DNA of 64,000 nt from an uncultured Gammaproteobacteria bacterium (GTDB lineage Bacteria; Patescibacteriota; Patescibacteriia; Magasanikbacterales; UBA922), in the NCBI GenBank assembly GCA_964522435.1, contig CAZFUL010000005.1, positions 21,568 to 85,567 on the forward strand, read 5' to 3'. The notes beneath the pieces are model-generated. The model saw nothing but the letters and a program-made list of their open reading frames with translations, made no database searches and had not been told where the DNA came from. Numbering within the stretch: the first letter of the stretch is position 1; each line of letters starts with the position of its first letter. Position numbers and translations under genes: made by a program. This document shows, in pieces, positions 18,459-26,542 of this stretch.

Positions 18459-20192
18459 ATGTCTTCGTCCGAAAAAAGGCGAGGAGCCCCACCGCTCCGA
18501 AGGCAAGATCTCGAACCTGCTCTGGTCACTGATGCCGATTCCGTAACGGTACGGCGTTATTTGTCCAGGCGGTCTGAGACCCCTGCCATCTGGGGGCTCG
18601 AACAGAGCGCAAATATCTCGGGTGCTCCCGCTGCACTCGCAGATACCTTCAACGTCTTGCTGTCCTCAGCGGTCGGCGTCAAGCCAGAGGACAGTGTCAA
18701 ACCTGCGCAACGCTATTGGCGAGGGATCCTTGATCAATCAATGGAGACCTCGCCGTTCGAGGCGTTGCGTGGAAAAACCCGTGGCGATGAACTCTTGTCT
18801 ACGATTGGCACCTTGGAGGCGGCGAACACCGTCTTCGGTCTGGTGCCCAAACAGGACAAAGAGAAACTCGATAAGTTGGCCCAGGCGCAAGCCGAGGCTG
18901 ATGAATTCGAGGCTGATGCGCAAAAAGCAGAAATGGACGCGCAAGCGTTTCAAGATCTGCTCGCGCAGATGCAAGCCGCGGTACAAACCGAAGACGGGGC
19001 TGGTCAGGGAAGCGGACAACCGCAACCTGGTCAGCCTAGTGTTGGTCAAGCAGGAGGAAAAGCTTCGGGTAAGTCCTCCAGCGGATCGGCGCAGATGAGT
19101 GCTGAACAAGCACAACAAATCGCTGATCAATTGACCAAGGCGCAGAACAAAGCAGCAGAAGCCCGTGAATTGGCAGATGCTGCTCAAGAAGAGCTTCAGG
19201 CCAAAGCTGACGCATTGATGGGGAAACCCGGAACTGCAGAGGCAGAAGCCAAGCTCGACGAACTGCGTCGACTCGGTCGTGCGGCCATGCAACAGGCAAA
19301 CGAAACGGTCGGAGAAGTCCGAGATACCGTGGCGGCCTGGGGCGTGGAAGCTGGCGAGATTGCCAACCTGGATCCGACGGAAGCGATGGCGCTTCTCGAG
19401 CGCATGAAGAGCAATCAGCATTTCAAAAAATTTGCTGAGTTGCTTGGACGCTTGCGTCGGGCCGCGGAGAAAAAGGCTCGGATGGAAGAAAAGGGTAAAA
19501 GCACACGCGTGCCCCGAATCCATCTGGGTCGAGATATCGGCCGAGCACTGCTCAGTGAGGTCGCTGCCTTCGCGATGGGTGATATCCATGAGGATATGGT
19601 CACCGAGCGATGGGCACGCGGTACATTGCGACAGCGCGGAGCCGTGACCAAGCGCCAACAAAGCGCAAGCGAAGGCCCGATGGTGATCTGCGAAGATGCC
19701 TCGGGATCGATGGCTGGTGAGCCCTATCGCTGGGCAAAGGCCGTCACCTTGGCGCTGGCCACACTTGCTCGTGAAAAGAAGCGGGGCTACGGCTGGGTCA
19801 TGTTCGATGAACGCGTTCAGCGTTCGCGCGCATATCCTGCCGGAAAACTCGGAGCGCGTGACATCCTCGAAATTGCCGAAACGGCAGCAACCGGTGGTGG
19901 CACAAACTTTGAGGCACCGCTTCTCCAGGCAAAGAAAATGATCGACGAAGAAGGTCTTGAAAAAGCCGACATCGTTCTGATCACGGATGGGGACTGCGCG
20001 GTTTCGCAGCAGTTCCTCGAAAAATTCTTGGCCTGGAAGCAAGAACGGTCGGTGACAGTGATCTCCGTGGTTATCAATGTGGGAAGCTATGCTTGCTCCA
20101 CTGCCACGGTTGATAAATTCTCCGACCGCGTCGAGCGCGTCTCGAGCTTCACCGCGGAAGCGGCTGAAGCTCAGGTGTTCGCCCACCTCTGA
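18459..20192 (+). CDS. von Willebrand factor A (VWA/MIDAS) domain protein with a long N-terminal coiled-coil, Q/A/G-rich region
   Basis: C-terminal VWA with MIDAS DASGSM, GGGTNF and LITDGD motifs. It is the obligate partner type for MoxR ATPases, as in RavA-ViaA, CoxD-CoxE and NorQ-NorD. Confidence 0.8.
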   Translation: MSSSEKRRGAPPLRRQDLEPALVTDADSVTVRRYLSRRSETPAIWGLEQSANISGAPAALADTFNVLLSSAVGVKPEDSVKPAQRYWRGILDQSMETSPFEALRGKTRGDELLSTIGTLEAANTVFGLVPKQDKEKLDKLAQAQAEADEFEADAQKAEMDAQAFQDLLAQMQAAVQTEDGAGQGSGQPQPGQPSVGQAGGKASGKSSSGSAQMSAEQAQQIADQLTKAQNKAAEARELADAAQEELQAKADALMGKPGTAEAEAKLDELRRLGRAAMQQANETVGEVRDTVAAWGVEAGEIANLDPTEAMALLERMKSNQHFKKFAELLGRLRRAAEKKARMEEKGKSTRVPRIHLGRDIGRALLSEVAAFAMGDIHEDMVTERWARGTLRQRGAVTKRQQSASEGPMVICEDASGSMAGEPYRWAKAVTLALATLAREKKRGYGWVMFDERVQRSRAYPAGKLGARDILEIAETAATGGGTNFEAPLLQAKKMIDEEGLEKADIVLITDGDCAVSQQFLEKFLAWKQERSVTVISVVINVGSYACSTATVDKFSDRVERVSSFTAEAAEAQVFAHL

Positions 20193-20199
20193 AAACCAA

Positions 20200-20400
20200 A
20201 AACTCCCCCAGCATTGCTGACAACTGGGGGAGCCTGAAAAACAGTCAGTCAGTGTTTCTCGCCTGGCAATGAGAAAACACTGTCAAAAAGTTACGCCAAA
20301 GGAGATTCGTGGTGACTCCAAATAATTTCATCACACAACCGGTCGTTTGTTTTGCTGCACACACTGCAAACGACCCTTCAACTTTCTTTCTGATAGGAAT
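20200..20400 (+). repeat. structured intergenic element, copy 1 (three hairpins), paralogous to 23233..23428
   Basis: The 3' core of ~105 nt is ~96% identical between the copies. The upstream hairpins are diverged with compensatory changes. Confidence 0.6.
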
Positions 20401-20527
20401 GTCGGGGAGAAAGAGAAGAGATTCCTGGAATCGGACGCTGCAACCGATTCACACACAAAACCGTTCCAGTATGGAAAGCTCTATCCGTACTACGCAGAAG
20501 GAACAAGCCTCTTGAAAGGAGGAGAGC

Positions 20528-20839
20528 ATGCAGTGGACTATTGTATTTTTTTCATCGTGGGATCACCCCGTCGATGAACGCCCTGGCCTGGTGCCCGAAG
20601 GGTGTCTGGGTCTGTACCTCATTGATGTGAGGCACGATTCCGAAGAATTCTTGCTCGAGGGGTATCTTCCTATGGGGCAAGAAGTCGACGCACAGGTCTG
20701 CTTCGACTTGAAAAGTACGGAGCAGGTGTACCGAGGGGTGGGGGCAGAGTCTCCCATCGCGGAGTTCCGCAACGCCCAAGGTGAGGTGGTCGTCCGCCTC
20801 ATCTGGGATCAGGAGACGGGGGAGTACCGGCGGGAGTGA
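20528..20839 (+). CDS. hypothetical small protein (103 aa)
   Basis: GGAGGAG RBS, downstream of repeat copy 1. Confidence 0.45.
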   Translation: MQWTIVFFSSWDHPVDERPGLVPEGCLGLYLIDVRHDSEEFLLEGYLPMGQEVDAQVCFDLKSTEQVYRGVGAESPIAEFRNAQGEVVVRLIWDQETGEYRRE

Positions 20840-21117
20840 TCTCGCCGTAGCCATAGAAAAAGAAAGGGGGAACAGTGGTGATCTCGTGCCCTCCGAGATC
20901 GCCTTCCCAAACCACTTCCACAGACAGGTTCTGATAGATATGTACTCTCTCTCATATCTGTTACGAAATTATCTGTATGGGGAAGTGATTTGGGGAAACC
21001 CTAAAATTCGTTTTTCGCTCTAACAATCCTGTTGGCACGAAAAACATTGGTCTTTCAAATCAAAAATAAACCAGCCCCCCGACTTTAGGTCGGGGGGTGT
21101 AGACAAGGAGATTTGCG

Positions 21118-23223
21118 ATGTCGACCACCACCCCAGCTCCGGAAAAGATCATTTCCCTCATCACTTCTGAAGAGGGAAAAGATTTTAAGACAAATGGGGA
21201 AGTGGTGGGAAACTATCGCTACTCCATTGTTTTTTTCCCGCGCGGGGAAAAGTGTGAGCCGGGGAAAGAATACCGGCTTGAGCTGACTCCTTTACGGGGT
21301 CAAGACGGAAACCCTCGAACCGACAAGCGCGGAAAGGTGATGTACACATCACGCCCCGCTGCCGTGGAGATCACCGAGACCTGGGAATCCTTGCCCGACG
21401 GCAATATCCAGCAGCTGCAAGTCCGCACGGACTGGCGCTTGCAGGAAGTTGGTCGCCGGGTCATCGACGGCCCCCGCCCACCTGCGGCGCGCGAAGCTGC
21501 CGAGTTGTTCCCCACCACCCGAAAGGAGTTGGTGTTTGGCAGCTCGGTTGCCGACACGCACCTGGCAGAGGTTGTCGTGCACACCTTTCCCATCGAACAG
21601 GAAGAGGTGAAGGCCGGCAAAATCAGCTGGGTGCGCAGCGGGGAACGCCAGGTGGAGGACTCTCCCGTCCTCTACCTGGTGGACAGCCTTGTAGGCGTGC
21701 TGTATACCGGCACGCTCGACCTGGTGTACCCGCCGGAGCGTGACTGCTCCGTTGAGGTACGATTTACCGGAGGAAAATCCGGCACCCGCCTGTCGCTGCG
21801 CTGGGATGCTCTCCCGGCCTGGTTTCAGGCAGAGGTGCAGCGGCCGTATCCCGTCTGCCCCTGCGGCCGCAAGCGCGTGGGCTCCAACTCAGATGGCTAC
21901 GCCAAGTGCGAAAGCTGTCGGGACGAGGAAACCTGCGTGCGTTGCAACCAAGAGCGGCGCATCAACCTCATTGAGGGGCTCGCGATCTGCAAGGGTTGCG
22001 AGCCCATGGCTCGGCTTGAGGCGGAGGTACATATCCATGTGCCACAGTCCAAGCGAGCTGAGCTGGCTGCGCAAGCGGCTCGGCTCATGTCGGCGAATGC
22101 GCTTCCTGGTGATGTCGGCTACTCCCTGCTCAAAGAATTGTTGAGCGCTGAGGGGGTGGAAGGCGAAACCCAGGAAGTGTTGCTGCGGCGAGCAGATCAT
22201 GCCTGGCTCTACTTCTTCCCTACGGGAGAAGTATGGGCCAGCCACCTGCCTCTGGTGGCGCTGCAGATTTTGGCAACAGCGCTCGGCGCGGCGCAGGGCA
22301 ACGGCCTGGTCACCTTGGTGGCCTGGATGGTTAGCCCGACCTACTTTGTGGCCACGCAAGTGGAACACAAAGAGCTCTCCCTGTATTGGGAGACGCCGCT
22401 GCACAGCGTGCAGCTCGCCAAGCGGGTGCGCCAGGCGCATGCCGAGCGGCAACGCCGCCTCGATCAGATTGACGTGTTGATGGCAGGGCTCATGAACACT
22501 GATTTCAATGACGAGTGGCGGCTCAAACAGCTCCGCTCGGCGACGCTTCTTGATCAAGAGGATGGGGCTAGCGATAGCCAAATCCTCTTGGAAATAGAAA
22601 GCACGCAGGCGAAGCGGAAGGCGGAACGCGAGGAGCTCGTGGCAGTGAAAGCTGCGGCAAAGCCGATCGCGGAGAAGATCTTTGCTGAGGAGCATGATCT
22701 TCCCAAGGCCTGCCGCAAGGCCAACCGCGACAGCCAAGCCGAGGCGGTTGAGCACGCCTATGGCTGGATCACCAGCCGTCGTCGCTGGGAGCACGATGAG
22801 CCGGTCGTCCAGAATTGGCTGGACTGGGAAAATCTTGAGCGCCTCCGGGAGTTTGTACAAAAGTACTCCTGGGTGCTCGAGCCCATCCGTCCGCTCGTTG
22901 TGCCGCCTCGCCCTCGTTGGGGCGATCTCCCGAACCCGAGCGCCGTCCCGACCCCTGCTCGCCAGAGCAACGGTACTGTGGCCACCTTCACCGATACTGG
23001 TGATGGTCGACACTTCCGTTGTTCTGCTTGTAACGGTACCCATCGGGTAACAAAAGCAGAACAGCGCAGCTACAAAGATGGCGAAGAAATTCACCTGATC
23101 TGTGGCTGTAGTGCCGAAGGAAGGGTACGGCAGGTTGTTGCTCCCGTGTCTCCCAGCACCGCTGGTGCTGGAGACATGGCTGATCAACTGGCCGCTTTGC
23201 GCAGCAAGTGGGGTGGCTCCTAG
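21118..23223 (+). CDS. large hypothetical protein (701 aa) with multiple CxxC zinc-ribbon-like clusters
   Basis: Cys clusters CPCGRK..CESC..CVRC..CKGC mid-protein and CSACNG..CGC near the C-terminus. A GC hairpin and an AAGGAG RBS lie upstream. No known catalytic motif. Confidence 0.65.
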   Translation: MSTTTPAPEKIISLITSEEGKDFKTNGEVVGNYRYSIVFFPRGEKCEPGKEYRLELTPLRGQDGNPRTDKRGKVMYTSRPAAVEITETWESLPDGNIQQLQVRTDWRLQEVGRRVIDGPRPPAAREAAELFPTTRKELVFGSSVADTHLAEVVVHTFPIEQEEVKAGKISWVRSGERQVEDSPVLYLVDSLVGVLYTGTLDLVYPPERDCSVEVRFTGGKSGTRLSLRWDALPAWFQAEVQRPYPVCPCGRKRVGSNSDGYAKCESCRDEETCVRCNQERRINLIEGLAICKGCEPMARLEAEVHIHVPQSKRAELAAQAARLMSANALPGDVGYSLLKELLSAEGVEGETQEVLLRRADHAWLYFFPTGEVWASHLPLVALQILATALGAAQGNGLVTLVAWMVSPTYFVATQVEHKELSLYWETPLHSVQLAKRVRQAHAERQRRLDQIDVLMAGLMNTDFNDEWRLKQLRSATLLDQEDGASDSQILLEIESTQAKRKAEREELVAVKAAAKPIAEKIFAEEHDLPKACRKANRDSQAEAVEHAYGWITSRRRWEHDEPVVQNWLDWENLERLREFVQKYSWVLEPIRPLVVPPRPRWGDLPNPSAVPTPARQSNGTVATFTDTGDGRHFRCSACNGTHRVTKAEQRSYKDGEEIHLICGCSAEGRVRQVVAPVSPSTAGAGDMADQLAALRSKWGGS

Positions 23224-23232
23224 AACTAAACC

Positions 23233-23428
23233 TTTCCCGGTTGATGCTGGTATCCCGGGGGAGTCTGAAAAAATTTACCAGTGCGTGTCTCTTGCTTGGC
23301 AACAGGAAGACACGGAAAAAAAGAAACGCCAAGGGAGATTCGTGGTGACTCCAAATAATTTCATCACACAACCGGTCGTTTGTGTTGCTGCACACACTGC
23401 AAACGACCCTTCCACATTCTTTCTGTCA
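23233..23428 (+). repeat. structured intergenic element, copy 2
   Basis: See copy 1. It follows the 701-aa gene by ~10 nt and precedes the next gene. Confidence 0.6.
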
Positions 23429-23575
23429 CAACGCAGTTTGGTACGGAGAGAATGAGAAGTGTTTCCGCCCGAGAGAAGAACGGGCGGTGTGTGTGGTCTC
23501 GTCAGTGGGTTACTGATTGAGGCCTTTCCAACCCAGTCCCCGCTACCGTGGGAGAAAACGGAGAAGGAGAAGATC

Positions 23576-24109
23576 ATGGCTCGTCGTGATGAGCCCATGT
23601 CGCGTGAGAAGTGGCTCGCGCAGCGAAACAATGGACGAATCTTTGAGAGCTGGGAGGATTTCCTCTCGGCCATCAAAGAGGCACCCACGGTATCCATGGG
23701 GAACGAGCCGGAGGGGACCATTCGTTTCTCCTCGTGCTTCGTTCTCGCACACGGTCCGACCCGCTATGTGGTGTACACGCTCGGCACCCCAATCTTTGGG
23801 GTGAGCGTGGGGCAACAAGGCGTTTCTGAGCTCTCCTGGTTCCCTCTGGAGCCGGTCGAGTTCACGCCCGAAATGCTTCTCACCCTCGTTGGGGTGGGGT
23901 GTAAGTTCAACGACACTGGGAGCGAGATTCGCTCCCTCACGGGCTGGGAAGCCATGCTCCACCTGGAGCAGCGCTACAACTGGCTCGTGCAATCCGGCAA
24001 GGTGGATCCTCGCGGTGGTGGGCTGCTCTCACCGAGTTCGGCCTTCTTCCGTGAAGGCGAAGACATGGCCGATCTCGAACAGCAGATCGCTGCGCTCGAG
24101 ATCGCCTGA
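23576..24109 (+). CDS. hypothetical protein (178 aa from the RBS-supported start)
   Basis: GGAGAAGGAG RBS. The C-terminus GEDMADLEQQIAALEIA resembles the C-terminus of the 701-aa protein (GAGDMADQLAALRSKWGGS). Confidence 0.5.
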   Translation: MARRDEPMSREKWLAQRNNGRIFESWEDFLSAIKEAPTVSMGNEPEGTIRFSSCFVLAHGPTRYVVYTLGTPIFGVSVGQQGVSELSWFPLEPVEFTPEMLLTLVGVGCKFNDTGSEIRSLTGWEAMLHLEQRYNWLVQSGKVDPRGGGLLSPSSAFFREGEDMADLEQQIAALEIA

Positions 24110-24671
24110 AGCGTGTAACCAAAAACAAAGGAGAAAATAGCAAAAAATAAAAAAGCTGCGCCATAATTCAAAGGCGTAGAGGTGGGTGACCTCGCGGGAT
24201 TCCTAAAATTCCCAACAGAGCCAACCCCGACGAGGTCGGGGAGAATTGCGCCCATGCTATCACGGGCGCGGACTAGAGAGTCCGAAGTGCGCAAGCACAA
24301 GTCAAGCATCTGGAGCAGTTGCTCCTCGTGCGATAGTTGCTGAGCTTATCCTATTCCAATCGAGAATGCCCAAAACGGTCACGTATGTGACTTCTCGATA
24401 TACAAGCGCTTGTATAGGCTTGTCGGAGTACCCGGGGTAGGCCAGTACCAATTTAGGGTACTGTTCTTTTTCTCTTCCGCTTCACGCCAAGGGGGGTGGG
24501 CGGAGTGATGAACTGTTGCTACAAGCGACAATTCGTCCAATAACGACGGGAGTGTTTATTGCAAACACCCCCGGTTCGACTATCATTTTCTTTTTTATAA
24601 AAGGAAGTGATTGAGAATATATATAATCAATCAGCTGCCCCACCAGCGGATTTTTTATTTTCCAAAATTAC

Positions 24672-25316
24672 TTAGTTCTTCAACAACAGCGAAATAGGAT
24701 CACTCTCATCCAGCACTTTTCTCGCCGGCGAATATTGTCTGCCATATTCAATCATACGCACGGTAAATAAAAACCATTCTTCTTTTGGTAATAATTGCAT
24801 CAGCTCTTGCTCAATTTTTTTTGGATCACTGTGTGTGGTTAATCCAAATTTTTGTGCCAGGCGTGTGACATGCGTATCAACCGCAATCCCTTCTGCAATA
24901 CCGTAGGCTTGCCCCAACACAACATTTGCGGTTTTTCTTCCCACGCCTGGAAGGAGCCTCAACTCGGTAATTGTTTTTGGGAGCACACGATTGAATTGCT
25001 CATCAAATATCTTTGCGGCTGCCAAAATATGTTTTGCTTTTGTTTTGTAAAAACTTACTGAATGCATGTCTTCTGCAAATACGTCCAACTCAGCAGTTAA
25101 ATAATCATCGAGTGTTTTATATGTTTGAAATAAGGTCTTGGTTACCACATTTACTTGTTTGTCCGTTGTTTGCGCGGAGAGCACCACGGCGACAACGAGT
25201 TCCCAATCATTACTAAAATTGAGGCTGGGTGTTGGTGCAGGGAATAATTTTTTTAGTGTATCGAGAACGATAGTTGCACGCTGTTGCGTAGTCATATGAA
25301 GGGGGGAGTATATCAC
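24672..25316 (-). CDS. nth: endonuclease III-like DNA glycosylase (HhH-GPD)
   Basis: HhH-GPD motif LPGVGRKTANVVL and a catalytic Asp region. No C-terminal Fe-S cysteine cluster is seen. Confidence 0.8.
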   Translation of the reverse strand: MIYSPLHMTTQQRATIVLDTLKKLFPAPTPSLNFSNDWELVVAVVLSAQTTDKQVNVVTKTLFQTYKTLDDYLTAELDVFAEDMHSVSFYKTKAKHILAAAKIFDEQFNRVLPKTITELRLLPGVGRKTANVVLGQAYGIAEGIAVDTHVTRLAQKFGLTTHSDPKKIEQELMQLLPKEEWFLFTVRMIEYGRQYSPARKVLDESDPISLLLKN

Positions 25317-26428
25317 GCTGGCCGAAACACTTCATCACTTTCAATAAGCCGAATATATTTTCCTTGTTCTAACAAATACTTAATACCTTCGCCATAAATG
25401 CGTTCATCTGCCGCATCTTTACTGCCAATAATTACCCATTTACAATTTTTGAGTTCAGCAATGTGCTCTGCACAGGGAATGTGTCCTGCGTCATTTCTAT
25501 AAATACAGGGCTCCATGGTCGAATACACGGTTAATTGTCGTGTTGACCAATCAGGACAGTTTTGTTTTAACATCGTGACGGCATCTTGTTCGGCATGCAG
25601 TTTGCCACGGCGAAAGCCCCAGGCAAGAATATCAAAATTTTGTGCGTCTACAATAATACTCCCCACACCATAGCCACGTTTTGATACATTAGAAAAGGTA
25701 GAACAGGTTTCGGTAATATCAAAAAAACGTTCATCCATGGCTTTCCAAAAGGCATGTTTTAGGTCATAGGATAACTCTGCGTTTACCTTGCCAGTTTCTG
25801 GAGTAATGTGCGTAGTAATAAGATATTTGTAAGGATATCCGTACAATGTTTTATCTGTTTCACGATAATTATGTTTATCGTTCACACAGTAAATGCCCAT
25901 AATCTCTGTTTGGGGAAGGGATTCAATAGCCGCAACCAGTGCTTTTACCGTACCACCTGTAGAGACCATACAATCCACAATCGCTACTTTTTTTCCTTCT
26001 ATCACTTTTGATAAATACATGTCTCGTTTATGGTAGCCAGCTTCTTGCACGAGTTGTACACAAGGGACATTATAGTGAAATGATTTGCTAATAATAAGTG
26101 GAAGCGCTAGTTCTCCAGCAACAAAGGTGGCAATACCAATACCATCCGACTCAATAGACACAATCACTTCTGTTTCTTTGGGAATCATGCCAGCCAAATA
26201 GCGTCCCAATAGTTTATAGTGTTTGGTATTTGCCAGGGTAAATCCTTTAAAGGGATACAAAAAATACCAATAGTCTTCAATACTTCCATTATTTCCACTC
26301 ACTTTATACGTTTGTGCTTCTGTAAATAAATCAACGGCTTCATCTAAGAGTCGCTTTTCTTGCATCACGTCGCTACTGATGCGTTGAATATCCTCTTCGA
26401 GTGTTTGATACAGCACGGGTTGTTTCAT
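25313..26428 (-). CDS. fusion protein: N-terminal phosphoribosyltransferase-like domain plus C-terminal cytidine/deoxycytidylate-deaminase-like zinc-binding domain
   Basis: PRPP-binding loop VAIVDCMVSTGGT. Deaminase HAE motif followed by PC...C (HAEQDAV ... EPCIYRNDAGHIPC) with atypical Cys spacing. Confidence 0.6.
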   Translation of the reverse strand: MKQPVLYQTLEEDIQRISSDVMQEKRLLDEAVDLFTEAQTYKVSGNNGSIEDYWYFLYPFKGFTLANTKHYKLLGRYLAGMIPKETEVIVSIESDGIGIATFVAGELALPLIISKSFHYNVPCVQLVQEAGYHKRDMYLSKVIEGKKVAIVDCMVSTGGTVKALVAAIESLPQTEIMGIYCVNDKHNYRETDKTLYGYPYKYLITTHITPETGKVNAELSYDLKHAFWKAMDERFFDITETCSTFSNVSKRGYGVGSIIVDAQNFDILAWGFRRGKLHAEQDAVTMLKQNCPDWSTRQLTVYSTMEPCIYRNDAGHIPCAEHIAELKNCKWVIIGSKDAADERIYGEGIKYLLEQGKYIRLIESDEVFRPA

Positions 26429-26542
26429 ACAATGATCTCTGGTTATAGCATATATAGCATTGTAGCATGCGCCTCGTCACCTTGACAAAAGGTCAAAAAT
26501 ATGCTACATTATGCGGCTTTCTACTTTTAATCGGAGGTACTT

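Noticed and set aside
17069-18529. Long minus-strand ORFs inside the island (17069..18529, 18738..20186, 11637..12611, 13898..15016, 21889..23187) and Arg/Pro-rich + strand ORFs in alternative frames
   Set aside because: These are antisense or alternative-frame shadows, as expected in ~65% GC DNA. The + strand genes have RBSs, recognisable domains and consistent operon spacing. The shadow ORFs have low-complexity R/P/G-rich translations and no start context.
23459-23575. Longer N-terminal extension of the 23576..24109 gene starting at 23459
   Set aside because: The extension overlaps the repeat element and has no RBS, whereas the ATG at 23576 is preceded by GGAGAAGGAG.
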